A stretch of DNA of 64,000 nt from an uncultured Anaerolineales bacterium (GCA_964347945.1 CAYGAW010000109.1:752-64751); one strand, 5' to 3'; shown: positions 46,484-56,906, counted from the first letter of the stretch. Notes: generated from the sequence alone by a model not told the origin. A program made the numbers and translations.

Positions 46484-47284
46484 TTGTCCGTTCTCCACCG
46501 TCGCATCACAAGTGGTGTGGTCTATGGGTTGCTGACCCTCTCGGTGGTATACGTCGGTGGGCTACCATTCTATGCCGCTGTGCTTGCCATGGTCATCTTG
46601 GCTGGGCGCGAGTATCAGCGAATGCTGGCTGTCGGCGGGTTCCGGCCCTTTTATGCACTTCAGTATGGATTGACGGCGTTCCTCTTGCTTGGCGTTGTCT
46701 TTCTCCGTCCGGAAGCGATTCTAGGTGGGTTCACCCTGATTCTAGTCTCTTCCTTCGCTTGGCAGCTGACGAGGACCGCCGAAGCAGCACAGCCGTTTGT
46801 TGACTGGGCGCTGAGTCTGGCCGGTGCGCTGTACGTGGGTTGGCTGGCCAGCCATTTCATACTGCTCAGGGAGCTGCCACGCGGGTTGGGTTGGGTAATG
46901 TTGGCGCTGCTTGCGACGTGGCTCTGCGACAGCTTTGCCTACATATTTGGCAAGGTCTGGGGGAAGCGTCCCTTCTTTCCTCGCATCAGTCCCAAGAAGA
47001 CCTGGGAAGGAACCTTGGGAGGATGGGTGGGGGGTACAGGCACGTCGCTCGTTGTAGGGGGGGCGCTAGGTCTCTCCATCGTAGAATCTTTGACTCTTGG
47101 CTTGACCATCAGCTTGGCAGCCACATTCGGAGACTTGGCGGAATCCATGCTCAAACGACAGGTAGGGGTGAAAGATTCGGGCAGTCTGATTCCCGGTCAC
47201 GGCGGGATTCTGGACCGCACGGACAGTTTGCTCTTCGTCGTTCCAGTGGTCTACTATCTCGGGGTTTGGGTGTTAGGAGCGTAG
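46484..47284 (+). CDS. cdsA: Phosphatidate cytidylyltransferase
   Basis: Multi-TM protein with the C-terminal CDS signature (KTWEGTLGG ... GHGGILDRTDS). 266 aa. Confidence 0.88.
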   Translation: MSVLHRRITSGVVYGLLTLSVVYVGGLPFYAAVLAMVILAGREYQRMLAVGGFRPFYALQYGLTAFLLLGVVFLRPEAILGGFTLILVSSFAWQLTRTAEAAQPFVDWALSLAGALYVGWLASHFILLRELPRGLGWVMLALLATWLCDSFAYIFGKVWGKRPFFPRISPKKTWEGTLGGWVGGTGTSLVVGGALGLSIVESLTLGLTISLAATFGDLAESMLKRQVGVKDSGSLIPGHGGILDRTDSLLFVVPVVYYLGVWVLGA

Positions 47285-47371
47285 AACTAGACACTCGTGT
47301 CCGTGCGCGATGCGAAGATTTGGAGTCGATCATTTGGTAACCAGGCCTAGTGCTGGGCGTGACAGGATCAG

Positions 47372-49288
47372 ATGGGCGGTGTGACACTCACAGGGATCCT
47401 CTCCCTGGGCAATCTCATACTCGCAGCCACTAACGTCATCATCGCCTTCTCTCTGCTGGTCTACATTCTGAGCCACAGCCTCCGGAATGCAGTGGCTCGA
47501 GCTTTCTGTGCCTTGCTGGCTTTTGTGACCATTGTTTACGCGGTCGATGTCATAGTCATCAATGTGGAAGCATCAGCCACCAGATTCATGTGGCTCAAGT
47601 TCCAGTGGGTGGGCATCGCCTTCATACCAGCTGCCTATCTTCATTTCTCCGATGCCTTGCTCAGGACCACGAACTCATTTTCCCGGCTTCGTCGGGCTCT
47701 GGTGGTGACGACTTACGTCTTCGGCGCGATCCTGGTCGCGCTCACGGTTTTCAGCCCCTCGTTGGTGAGGGGCGGTGTGGACACATCTTGGGCGGCCTAT
47801 CTTCAAGCAGGCCCGCTATTCTGGGTCTTTTCGTTCTATTTCTTCGTGGTCACAGCGCTGGGGGTCGCGAACATCGAGCGTGCTCGGCGGCGGACGGTCA
47901 CTTCGACTTCGCGGCGCCGCATGACCTATCTTGCTGTGTCCTTCGCCGCACCAGCGCTGGGCGTCTTCCCCTATATGCTGCTTGCCAGTCTGCCAGCCAC
48001 CTTCTCGCCAAACGTGCTGCTGTTCATTGTCTTGGTCGGCAACCTGGGCATCGCCCTTATGACTATCGTCCTTGCCTACAGTGTGGCCTTCTATGGCGCT
48101 CTGATGCCCGACAGGGTGGTCAAGCGTAGCTTGGTCAACTACCTGTTGCGTGGACCCTTCGTGGGCATTTGCCTGTTGGCACTGATGTTGGTAGTTCCCA
48201 GGGTGGAGAGCATTCTTGGGCTACCGCGTGACACTGTCCTTGTGTTCGCAATGGTGCTGGGTATAGTTCTGCTCCAGGTGGTCATCAGCGCCTTTACGCC
48301 GCTGATTGATCTTCTGATATACCGGCGCGACAGCGCTGAGATCACTTGGATTCGCGAGTTGGACACGCGGTTGCTGACAACTACTGACTTGTCCCAGTTG
48401 CTGGAGAACATCTTGGCCGCCTTCTGCGATCTACTCGGCGTTACGACCGGCTTCATCCTGACCAAACGGGAAGGCAGGCTGCAGGCGCAAGCGGTATGCG
48501 GTCCTCGGGCAGAAGTGAACTACTTTCTGCGTTCCTTTGATCCGGAAGGCATCGCTCAAGTGCTTGTGCGCAACGGCGACGGGGACGACGACGCCCTGCT
48601 GGCAGAGATGCTCACAAATCAGGGCGAGTACTGGCTGCTGCCCTTGCGCTCCCGGTCGCGTGAGGAGGCTCTGGGTATCCTGGGAATCAAGGGACCTATC
48701 CACCAGCTCAATGTGACCGACAAGGAGAATGGGGTTGCCTTGACGCTGATAGCTGAAGCGGAACTAGCTTTGGAGGACTGGCAGCTGCAACGTGGGATAT
48801 TCACCCTTCTATGGGAACTCACCCCCGAGATAGAATCGATTCAGCGTTGGCAGAGTCGGCCGCGGTACGTAGGATCACCTATGTTGGAGCCCATCAACAA
48901 CACGCCGGTTCATGAGCCGGATTTCCCCAGGGCGGTGAAGGAAGCCCTCAGTCACTACTGGGGTGGGCCGGGACTTACGGAGAGCCCGCTGTTGAGGATG
49001 AAGATCGTTAGGAAATACGCGGAGGAGAGCGGACAGGTGCCCGCCAAGGCGCTGCGCTCTGTGCTATACAAAGCCATCGAGGCCCTCAAGCCGCCTGAAA
49101 GTCAGCGCAATCTGACCACCAAAGAATGGATACTCTACAACATTTTGGAGATGAAGTTCATCAGGGGTTTGCGAATAACTCAGATTGCGATGCGTCTATC
49201 TATGAGTGAGTCGGATTTATACAGGAAGCAAAGGGCAGCCATAGATGCCGTGGCCAAGGTGCTTGCCAGCATGGAGGATGATACCTAG
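47372..49288 (+). CDS. Membrane protein: N-terminal multi-TM (7-8 helices, HisKA_7TM-like), central GAF-like domain, C-terminal sigma-70 region-4-like HTH
   Basis: About 300 aa of hydrophobic helices, then a GAF-like stretch (DLSQLLENILAAFCDLLGVTTGFIL), then a C-terminal HTH (NLTTKEWILYNILEMKFIRGLRITQIAMRLSMSESDLYRKQRAAIDAV). It occupies the position after cdsA where rseP is common. The domain calls are pattern-based only. Confidence 0.55.
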   Translation: MGGVTLTGILSLGNLILAATNVIIAFSLLVYILSHSLRNAVARAFCALLAFVTIVYAVDVIVINVEASATRFMWLKFQWVGIAFIPAAYLHFSDALLRTTNSFSRLRRALVVTTYVFGAILVALTVFSPSLVRGGVDTSWAAYLQAGPLFWVFSFYFFVVTALGVANIERARRRTVTSTSRRRMTYLAVSFAAPALGVFPYMLLASLPATFSPNVLLFIVLVGNLGIALMTIVLAYSVAFYGALMPDRVVKRSLVNYLLRGPFVGICLLALMLVVPRVESILGLPRDTVLVFAMVLGIVLLQVVISAFTPLIDLLIYRRDSAEITWIRELDTRLLTTTDLSQLLENILAAFCDLLGVTTGFILTKREGRLQAQAVCGPRAEVNYFLRSFDPEGIAQVLVRNGDGDDDALLAEMLTNQGEYWLLPLRSRSREEALGILGIKGPIHQLNVTDKENGVALTLIAEAELALEDWQLQRGIFTLLWELTPEIESIQRWQSRPRYVGSPMLEPINNTPVHEPDFPRAVKEALSHYWGGPGLTESPLLRMKIVRKYAEESGQVPAKALRSVLYKAIEALKPPESQRNLTTKEWILYNILEMKFIRGLRITQIAMRLSMSESDLYRKQRAAIDAVAKVLASMEDDT

Positions 49289-49805
49289 GGTGCCTCGGAT
49301 TGCTTTGCGTAGGGGAGATATCACTGAGCTGGAAACGGATGCCATAGTCAACGCGGCCAACAACAGACTATGGATGGGGGCTGGAGTGGCGGGCGCCATT
49401 AAGCGAGCTGGCGGAAAGGCGATAGAAGACGAGGCGGTCAAGCAAGGCCCCATACCGGTGGGGGAAGCTGTGGTCACCGGAGCCGGCACATTGAAGGCTA
49501 GGCACGTGATCCATGCCGCGGTCATGTCCTCGGATCTCGTGACCGATGCCGACAAGGTCAGGGATGCCACCAAGAACAGTCTCCTTCGCGCCGAGGAGCA
49601 GGGTCTCAGGAGCGTAGCCTTTCCAGCTCTGGGGACTGGGGTGGGAGGCCTTCCCTATGCTGAGGCGGCCAGAGTCATGATCGGTACTGTTAAAGAGCAT
49701 CTGGCTACGGACAGCGGCTTGGAGGAGGTGCTCATCGTGCTCTATGGCGATGAAGCGTATGACGCCTTTGACGAGGAGCTGCGCAAGCGGGACCCTGCCG
49801 CATAA
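49278..49805 (+). CDS. Macro-domain protein (ADP-ribose / O-acetyl-ADP-ribose binding or deacetylase, YmdB-like)
   Basis: GDITELETDAIVNAANNRLWMGAGVAGAI...GEAVVTGAG matches the macro-domain Gly-rich motifs. The ATG at 49278 overlaps the upstream gene by 11 nt; the alternative GTG at 49290 directly abuts its stop. Confidence 0.85.
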   Translation: MIPRVPRIALRRGDITELETDAIVNAANNRLWMGAGVAGAIKRAGGKAIEDEAVKQGPIPVGEAVVTGAGTLKARHVIHAAVMSSDLVTDADKVRDATKNSLLRAEEQGLRSVAFPALGTGVGGLPYAEAARVMIGTVKEHLATDSGLEEVLIVLYGDEAYDAFDEELRKRDPAA

Positions 49806-49910
49806 GGGCTTGAGCGGTTGACGTAATCATTCTGCGGACTTGACGCTGCTTCCGGGTTATGGTATGATCGCTGGGATTCGGTGGCGAGGGTGGAGTAAGG
49901 AGGCGGCTCC

Positions 49911-50672
49911 ATGAGAAAGAGCTTGTGCACAATAGGTATTCTGTTTCTCCTATCGGCACTGGCCCTGGCGCTGGGTGGATGTGAGAGGGCCAAACCTGCG
50001 CCTGCTCCCACTGCTGAGATCACACCACAGGCTCCAGAGGCGACGCCAGTATCGGAGCCAGGAGAAAGCCCGCAGCCAACTACGGAACCGTCAGGGTCCG
50101 AGACACCTCCGTCGGCCCCGCAGGAAACGCCCACTTCCGTTCTGCCGCAGCCGACCTCTGCACCTGAGCCACCGCCCGCACCTCCACCTGCTGAAGGAGT
50201 GGAGCATGTCGTCGCATGGGGGGAGACGATCTACGCCATAGCGGCTCGCTACGGAGTCAGTGCTGAAGACATCGCAGCAGCAAACAATCTGACAAACCCA
50301 GACCTCATCAGGGCCGGGGACGTACTGATCATTCCTGGTGTCTCGGCTCCGTCCCCGGAACCAGGCGTGCACATCGTCCGTCCGGGAGAAAACCTCCGTT
50401 CAATCGCCAACTTGTACGGTACGACTGTGGATGCCATAGCCAAGGCCAACGGCATTGTGAACCCCAACCATATTTATGTGGGGCAGAGGCTGACCATTCC
50501 TGGAGGAGGAGGCACGGCGCAGCCCGGAGGACAGACCTACGTCGTGCAGCCAGGCGACACACTTTCATCCATCGCGCTCAAGTTCGGCACGACGGCCTAC
50601 GCTATAGCCTACGCCAACAACTTGCCCAACGTGAACTTCATCTACGTGGGACAGACTCTTCGCATACCATAG
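49911..50672 (+). CDS. Lipoprotein with three LysM peptidoglycan-binding domains
   Basis: Lipobox LALGGC, a Pro/Ser/Thr/Glu-rich linker, then three repeats of HxVxxGExLxxIAxxYG...NxIxxGQxLxIP. Confidence 0.85.
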   Translation: MRKSLCTIGILFLLSALALALGGCERAKPAPAPTAEITPQAPEATPVSEPGESPQPTTEPSGSETPPSAPQETPTSVLPQPTSAPEPPPAPPPAEGVEHVVAWGETIYAIAARYGVSAEDIAAANNLTNPDLIRAGDVLIIPGVSAPSPEPGVHIVRPGENLRSIANLYGTTVDAIAKANGIVNPNHIYVGQRLTIPGGGGTAQPGGQTYVVQPGDTLSSIALKFGTTAYAIAYANNLPNVNFIYVGQTLRIP

Positions 50673-50859
50673 CTGGCGCTTGGGGGACAGGCGCCCTACT
50701 CGCCCCAGACCGTAGCTCCTCGACAGGGGCAGATTAGGAAATCCAGGCGTCCCTCGGGCCTCTCTTGCCGGCTGTGCTTGGATTAGAAGGGTTGTTGTTC
50801 TGCGCATAAGGTTCGGGGAAGGCTCTTGGGTTCGGGTTCTGGGCCAACGGCCTTCTTGT

Positions 50860-51411
50860 TTGATAGGGACGTGCTGCTTGAACGAAGAGTTGGTTTCCAG
50901 CAAGCGTGTTTACGAAGGACGGGTGGTCAATCTTCGCGTTGACACAGTGAGGATGCCCAGTGGTCGGATTACCGAGCGTGAGATCGTGGAGCACCGCGGC
51001 GCGGTGACCGTTGTGGCCTTGGACGAGGAAGAGAACGTACTGCTGGTCAGCCAGTTCCGGTCCGCTGTGGGAGAAGAACTCCTGGAATTGCCTGCGGGAA
51101 CCATAGAGATTGGTGAGGACACCAGAACGTGCGCACTTCGGGAATTGCAGGAGGAGACTGGGTACATCGCGGAGCATCTGGAGGAGCTGTATGTGTTCTT
51201 TGCCTCGCCTGGCTTCTCTGACGAACGCATCTGGCTGTATCTAGCCACAGGTCTAAGGACGGCCGCTCAGGGGGTGCAGACCGACGAGATCAGTGAGGTA
51301 ATCAAGGTGCCTCTGGACAAAGCCGTGGAGATGATTCGTAGCGGGGAGATAAATGACGGTAAGAGCATCCTGGGGCTGACCGCTGCGCAGGCCAGACTGG
51401 CGGCTTCCTAG
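50860..51411 (+). CDS. NUDIX hydrolase (ADP-ribose pyrophosphatase-like)
   Basis: Nudix box LPAGTIEIGEDTRTCALRELQEETGY and the NudF-like N-terminal region. The start is uncertain: ATG at 50860 or a downstream TTG. Confidence 0.85.
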   Translation: MIGTCCLNEELVSSKRVYEGRVVNLRVDTVRMPSGRITEREIVEHRGAVTVVALDEEENVLLVSQFRSAVGEELLELPAGTIEIGEDTRTCALRELQEETGYIAEHLEELYVFFASPGFSDERIWLYLATGLRTAAQGVQTDEISEVIKVPLDKAVEMIRSGEINDGKSILGLTAAQARLAAS

Positions 51412-51474
51412 CGCGAGCTCTGCAGTCAGTGGAGGACGCCGCACTGTCAGGACTTGGAAAGGAGCGGGCGAAGT

Positions 51475-51861
51475 ATGGAACCCACAGATCGTAAGTATAG
51501 CCGGGAACATGAATGGGTGAAGTTGGACGGGAAGCTGGCCATTGTCGGAATCACGGATTATGCCCAGGAGCAGCTGGGCGATATTGTCTACGTAGAGCTA
51601 CCTCAGCCCGGAGATACTCTGACGCAGTTCGAGTCTTTTGGCATCATAGAGTCGATTAAGGCAGCGTCGGATCTCTACGCTCCCATCGGCGGCGAGGTTG
51701 TAGCCGTCAACGAGGAACTCGTGGAAAGGCCCGAACTGGTGAACGAGGATCCGTACGAAGGCGGCTGGATGCTCGAGGTGCAACTCGAAGACGAGTCAGA
51801 CACGGACAGACTGATGACGGCGGAGGAATACCAGGCCCATTTGAAGACTCTTGAGGAATGA
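51475..51861 (+). CDS. gcvH: Glycine cleavage system H protein
   Basis: Lipoyl-lysine motif (ESIKAASDLY) and YSREHEWVK. Internal ATG with aaaggag RBS. The stop overlaps the gcvPA ATG. Confidence 0.9.
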   Translation: MEPTDRKYSREHEWVKLDGKLAIVGITDYAQEQLGDIVYVELPQPGDTLTQFESFGIIESIKAASDLYAPIGGEVVAVNEELVERPELVNEDPYEGGWMLEVQLEDESDTDRLMTAEEYQAHLKTLEE

Positions 51862-53201
51862 TGGCGAGCTCCTATATCCCGAACACTGACGTTGACCGGA
51901 AGAAGATACTAGAGACGCTGGGCCTCGATTCCGTCAAGGAGCTGTTCGATGTCATCCCTGCCGAGAAGCGATACCCGCATCTGGATCTCCCCCGGCCGCT
52001 GTCGGAGATGGAGGTGAAGAAGCTGCTGCGCGACTTGGCTGAGGAGAACGCCGATCTGGACCATCACCCCTGTTTCCTTGGTGCCGGGGCCTATAACCAT
52101 TTCGTCCCCGCTGTGGTGGATCACATCATTGGCCGGGGTGAGTTCTACACCGCCTATACGCCCTACCAACCCGAAGTCAGCCAGGGGACATTGACCAGCA
52201 TCTATGAGTTTCAGACCATGATCTGCGACCTCACGGGAATGGATGTCGCCAACGCGTCCATGTATGATGGAGCCACCGCTTTCGCTGAGGCAGGGTTGAT
52301 GGCCGCTCGAGTGACGGGGCGGCACAGATTGGTGGTAGCCTCTACCGTCCACCCAAGGTATCGGCAGGTCCTGAGAACCTACACTCAAGGGATAGGCACG
52401 GACATTCAAGTGGTCGACTATGGTGAGGACGGTGGAGTCGATCTTGGCCAAGCAGAGAAGTTGCTCGACGCTGACACGGCTGCTCTGATGGTTCAATATC
52501 CCAACTTCATTGGTTGCCTAGAAGACCTGCCGCCGATGAGCGAAATGGCTCACGCTGTGGGTGCGCTTCTTGTGGTCTGCGTCGATCCGATAGCGCTAGG
52601 GCTTTTTCGATCCCCCGGGGAGCAGGGGGCTGACATTGTGGTCGGCGAGGGGCAGAGCTTGGGTAGTCCCCCTAGCTACGGGGGTCCTTATGTAGGCCTC
52701 TTTGCCTGCCGGCAGCAGTACTTGCGGCAGATGCCCGGACGTCTGATAGGCATGACCACCGACACGGAGGGGCGTAGAGGGTTCGTGCTCACACTGCAAC
52801 CTCGGGAGCAGCACATTCGCAGGGAGAAGGCTACATCGAACATATGCACCAACGAGGCTCTGGTGGCTCTTGCGGCAACCACATATCTGGCAGTCATGGG
52901 CAAGCAAGGACTACGCGATACGGCTGAGTTGTGCTATCATAAGGCCCACTATGCTGCCCAGGGGATTGACCAACTGCCCGGGTATCAGAGGCGGTTCGGG
53001 GAATTCTTCAAGGAGTTCGTAATCCAGGCGCGCGTATCGCCGGCTAGCGTGAACAGTGGCCTGTGGGAGAAGGGTATCATCGGCGGCTATGAGTTGGGAA
53101 GGGACTATCCGCAACTGGGTGATTGTCTTCTCCTTTGCGCCACCGAGATGAACACCAGGGATGAAATCGACCGATTGATCCAGGTCCTGCGTGAGATTTG
53201 A
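51858..53201 (+). CDS. gcvPA: Glycine dehydrogenase (decarboxylating) subunit 1
   Basis: N-terminal P-protein half ([29 protein letters not shown]). 447 aa. Confidence 0.92.
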   Translation: MMASSYIPNTDVDRKKILETLGLDSVKELFDVIPAEKRYPHLDLPRPLSEMEVKKLLRDLAEENADLDHHPCFLGAGAYNHFVPAVVDHIIGRGEFYTAYTPYQPEVSQGTLTSIYEFQTMICDLTGMDVANASMYDGATAFAEAGLMAARVTGRHRLVVASTVHPRYRQVLRTYTQGIGTDIQVVDYGEDGGVDLGQAEKLLDADTAALMVQYPNFIGCLEDLPPMSEMAHAVGALLVVCVDPIALGLFRSPGEQGADIVVGEGQSLGSPPSYGGPYVGLFACRQQYLRQMPGRLIGMTTDTEGRRGFVLTLQPREQHIRREKATSNICTNEALVALAATTYLAVMGKQGLRDTAELCYHKAHYAAQGIDQLPGYQRRFGEFFKEFVIQARVSPASVNSGLWEKGIIGGYELGRDYPQLGDCLLLCATEMNTRDEIDRLIQVLREI

Positions 53202-54685
53202 AGCGACAGATGACGGAGCCCTTGCTCTTCGAACTGAGTTCGCCCGGCCGTGTGGGATGCCGGCTGCCTGAGTTGGATGTGCCCAAGAGTCCCTTGCCAG
53301 ACAAGTTCTTGCGCTTGGACTTGCCTTTGCTTGAGGTGAGTGAGCGGGAGGTGGTTCAGCACTTCACTCGGCTGTCTCAGCTCAACTTCAGTGTTGACAC
53401 GGGATTCTATCCCCTCGGCTCCTGTACGATGAAGTACAACCCTAAGTTGCACGAAGACGTGGCTCGACTTGCAGGATTCATGCGGATCCATCCTTGGCAG
53501 GATGAATCGACGGTTCAGGGAGCCCTGCAACTGATGTATGGGCTACAGGAGTACCTGGCGGAGACAACAGGTCTACCGGGCGTCAGCCTGCAGCCCTTGG
53601 CCGGCGCACATGGAGAGCTCACCGGGATGCTGATTATTCGCGCCTATCATCTGGAGCACGGAGACGAGCGCAGAACGACGGTGCTGGTGCCAGATTCGGC
53701 TCACGGAACCAACCCGGCGACGGCTACCATGTGTGGCTACACGGTGACGACGGTGCCGTCAGATGCCCGTGGCAACATAGACGTCCAGGAACTGGAAAGG
53801 CTGACGGACGAGACGGTTGCAGGGCTGATGTTGACCAACCCCAATACCCTGGGGCTCTTTGAAGAGCATATTCTGAGAGTGGCAGAGATTGTCCATGGAG
53901 CCGGAGCACTGATCTACTGTGACGGTGCCAACATGAACGCTCTGTTGGGCATCGCAAAACCGGGCGAGTTGGGCACCGATGTGCTGCATCTCAACTTGCA
54001 CAAGACCTTCAGCACGCCTCACGGCGGCGGGGGCCCTGGTGCAGGAGCGACGGCAGTGACAGACGAGTTGGTTCCCTTCCTGCCGACGCCCGTGGTAGGC
54101 AGTCGGCATGGGCAGGAGTCCGGGAGTGGGGGCACGGAGTACTATCTCGATCATGAACGTCCCCTTTCCATAGGGCCGGTCAGCGGGTTCTATGGGAACT
54201 TCGGAGTCATGGTCAAGGCGTACGCCTATCTTCGGTCTCTCGGCGAGGACGGACTCCGGGAAGTGAGCGAGAATGCCGTTCTCAACGCAAACTACCTCTT
54301 GCATCAGCTCAAGGACTACTATTACCTGCCGTATGACCGCTCGTGCCTCCACGAATGCGTCTTCTCTGGGAAGAACCAGGCCAAAGCTGGTGTTCACACG
54401 GTGGACATAGCCAAGAGGCTCATAGATCGCGGCTTCCACCCGCCAACAGTGTACTTCCCCCTCATCGTCGAAGAGGCTTTGATGATTGAGCCCACGGAGA
54501 CGGAGAGTCTGGCGACCCTGGACGCTTTTGTGTCTGCTATGCGCCAGATTGCGCACGAGGCGGAGACGGAGCCTGAACTGGTGCGGGGGGCGCCTCGAGG
54601 AACCCCGGTGACAAGGCTTGACGAGGTCTCGGCTGCTCGAAAGCCTAACCTGAGATGGCAGAAACAGACGTCAGACCGCGATTGA
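53198..54685 (+). CDS. gcvPB: Glycine dehydrogenase (decarboxylating) subunit 2
   Basis: C-terminal P-protein half with PLP-lysine region ([18 protein letters not shown]). Overlaps the gcvPA stop. Confidence 0.92.
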   Translation: MKRQMTEPLLFELSSPGRVGCRLPELDVPKSPLPDKFLRLDLPLLEVSEREVVQHFTRLSQLNFSVDTGFYPLGSCTMKYNPKLHEDVARLAGFMRIHPWQDESTVQGALQLMYGLQEYLAETTGLPGVSLQPLAGAHGELTGMLIIRAYHLEHGDERRTTVLVPDSAHGTNPATATMCGYTVTTVPSDARGNIDVQELERLTDETVAGLMLTNPNTLGLFEEHILRVAEIVHGAGALIYCDGANMNALLGIAKPGELGTDVLHLNLHKTFSTPHGGGGPGAGATAVTDELVPFLPTPVVGSRHGQESGSGGTEYYLDHERPLSIGPVSGFYGNFGVMVKAYAYLRSLGEDGLREVSENAVLNANYLLHQLKDYYYLPYDRSCLHECVFSGKNQAKAGVHTVDIAKRLIDRGFHPPTVYFPLIVEEALMIEPTETESLATLDAFVSAMRQIAHEAETEPELVRGAPRGTPVTRLDEVSAARKPNLRWQKQTSDRD

Positions 54686-54732
54686 ACCTCATGTGGCCAT
54701 TTCTGGTGTAAGTATGTGGAAGGGGACGCCTG

Positions 54733-55314
54733 ATGCTTGACGATGGAGAGTTGGTGGCCAGGATTCGGGAAGGTGACTTGGACGCCTTCGAGACTCTGTA
54801 CCGCAGGTATAAGGACGAACTGTATAGGACTGCCCTTGCTATCTCCAGGGATCGAGGTGCAGCCGAGGAGCTTCTGCAGGACTGTTTTCTGAGAGCCTAT
54901 GATCATATGGACAGGGTTGATGGGTACGCATCGCTTAGGCCCTGGCTGCATCGGATTATCGTGAACTTGAGCTACAATTGGGCGGCCAAGAGGCGCCTGC
55001 GACTCATATCAATTGAGGACGTGTTTGACCGTTTGCTGATGGTACCGCGCACGTCACCAGAACGCGCTTTTGAGAGGGAGGAGTTGTTACAGGTCGTTGA
55101 CGAGGCTCTGAGGTCCCTCAGCATGCGTCAGCGCGTCGTGGTTGTCCTCTTTTACCTGCAGGGCTTCAGCTTGGCCGAGATAGCGTACGTGCTGGACTGC
55201 CCTGTCGGGACGGTGAAGTCTCGATTGCACAACGCTCGGAGGGTGTTGAGACAGGAGCTGATGGCCGACGCGCGGATATCCAGGGAAGCCGCTTTCGAGC
55301 TTCTATCGTCGTGA
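54733..55314 (+). CDS. ECF-subfamily RNA polymerase sigma factor
   Basis: Region 2 (GDLDAFETLYRRYKDELYRTALAI) and region 4 (QGFSLAEIAYVLDCPVGTVKSRL). Confidence 0.88.
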   Translation: MLDDGELVARIREGDLDAFETLYRRYKDELYRTALAISRDRGAAEELLQDCFLRAYDHMDRVDGYASLRPWLHRIIVNLSYNWAAKRRLRLISIEDVFDRLLMVPRTSPERAFEREELLQVVDEALRSLSMRQRVVVVLFYLQGFSLAEIAYVLDCPVGTVKSRLHNARRVLRQELMADARISREAAFELLSS

Positions 55315-55342
55315 CGAGACAGCTGTTGATGTGAGGTGCGAG

Positions 55343-55660
55343 ATGGGCGACATTAGGAGAGACCAGCTCGACGTACTGCTGGAGAGAGCTCTAAGGGATG
55401 GTGTCTCTAGGGAGACCCCCCCGAACCGCGTGTGGACGAACATCAAGGTCGGGATAGAGGATCGCAGGCGACATGAGCCTTCTCGATTCCAGCGCGTGCT
55501 TGACGTAGGCGCTGACGTTCTGTCCATTGGAGCCGATATTGCCATGGGTGCTCGTATTACCTTTACGCCTTCGCCAGCCGGGGGCGAGAATGGGTGGACG
55601 CAGAGGCTAGTGCTGGCTGGACACTCAACTGCCCCCCTCCACTATTCCTTCCACCACTGA
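55343..55660 (+). CDS. Hypothetical protein downstream of the ECF sigma factor (possible anti-sigma partner)
   Basis: Position only. No TM segment or zinc-finger motif. Confidence 0.3.
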   Translation: MGDIRRDQLDVLLERALRDGVSRETPPNRVWTNIKVGIEDRRRHEPSRFQRVLDVGADVLSIGADIAMGARITFTPSPAGGENGWTQRLVLAGHSTAPLHYSFHH

Positions 55661-55835
55661 TGCTGAGGCATGGGCTTGGCGGTACTTGGAAAGTGTGACA
55701 TCCTCATGCTAGCTCATCTCTTCCCCTGTCTCGCTTCGTCTTATCCTCTTACCGTTTGTCAATACATCTCGCGGGCCCTGCTTCGCCTCTGAACGGAGGG
55801 AAGGGGGGCAGAGCTGCACTTGTCTGGAGAGAAAG

Positions 55836-56906
55836 TTGACCGAGGGGACTCTGCTGGACATAAAAGATCTAAGGACGGAGTTCGACACCGCTGACGGCGT
55901 CGTTCGCGCCGTGAATGGTGTCTCCTTCTCAGTCCATGAGGGGGAGACGGTGGGCATAGTGGGCGAAAGCGGGTGCGGCAAGACGGTGACCGCTTTGTCC
56001 ATCGTACGCCTCATACCCGAGCCACCAGGTAGGATCGCGAGTGGTCGAGTGCTCTTCCGGGGACGCGACCTTCTCGCGGCTGGGACCGAAGAACTGGGCG
56101 AGATAAGAGGGGCCAAGATAGGGTTTATCTTCCAGGACCCAATGACATCCCTCAATCCGGTGCTGACCATTGGGGAACAGATCGTGGAGGCCCTGGAACT
56201 GCATCTCGATCTGGGGGGTAACGAAACGCGCCAGAGAGCGATCGAGCTACTTCAACTGGTGGGCATCCCAGACGCGCAAGACCGGATCGACGACTATCCG
56301 CATCTCTTCAGTGGCGGGATGAGACAAAGGGCTATGATCGCCATGGCTCTTTGCTGCAACCCTCACTTGCTTATCGCCGACGAGCCAACCACAGCGTTGG
56401 ATGTGACCATCCAGGCGCAGATTTTGGATTTGGTGAGACGGTTGAAGCGAGACAGAGGCCTAGCCATCCTCTGGATCACGCACGATTTGGGTATCATCGC
56501 CGGCCTGGCGGATCGTGTGCTGGTCATGTACGCGGGATACATCGTGGAGGCGGCTGAGGTCAAAGCCCTGTACCGGGATCCCCGCCACCCCTACACTCTG
56601 GGGTTGCTGTCTTCCGTACCACGCCTCGATGACGACAGGAGAGAGGCTCTGACACCCATAGAGGGCGTGCCGCCCGATCTCGTGGACATGCCTTCCGGTT
56701 GTCCCTTCCATCCTCGCTGCAAGTACGCCGATTATAGATGTGCGCACACGATGCCTGAACCTCGCAAGGTCGGCGCCGATCACCTTGTCGCCTGCTGGGT
56801 CGACGTGCCCAAAGTCTCGGCCCCAGAGCCAGAGAGAGAATTCTCCGTCTGGTCGAGGGATGCCGCCTGGCCGGCAGCCGCGGACTTGACAAGCAGAGAT
56901 CGATAG
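55836..56906 (+). CDS. Oligopeptide/dipeptide ABC transporter ATP-binding protein (OppD/DppD type)
   Basis: Walker A GESGCGKT, signature FSGGMRQR, Walker [13 protein letters not shown], and the C-terminal Opp-type extension ([10 protein letters not shown]...PSGCPFHPRC). TTG start with GGAGAG RBS. Confidence 0.88.
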   Translation: MTEGTLLDIKDLRTEFDTADGVVRAVNGVSFSVHEGETVGIVGESGCGKTVTALSIVRLIPEPPGRIASGRVLFRGRDLLAAGTEELGEIRGAKIGFIFQDPMTSLNPVLTIGEQIVEALELHLDLGGNETRQRAIELLQLVGIPDAQDRIDDYPHLFSGGMRQRAMIAMALCCNPHLLIADEPTTALDVTIQAQILDLVRRLKRDRGLAILWITHDLGIIAGLADRVLVMYAGYIVEAAEVKALYRDPRHPYTLGLLSSVPRLDDDRREALTPIEGVPPDLVDMPSGCPFHPRCKYADYRCAHTMPEPRKVGADHLVACWVDVPKVSAPEPEREFSVWSRDAAWPAAADLTSRDR

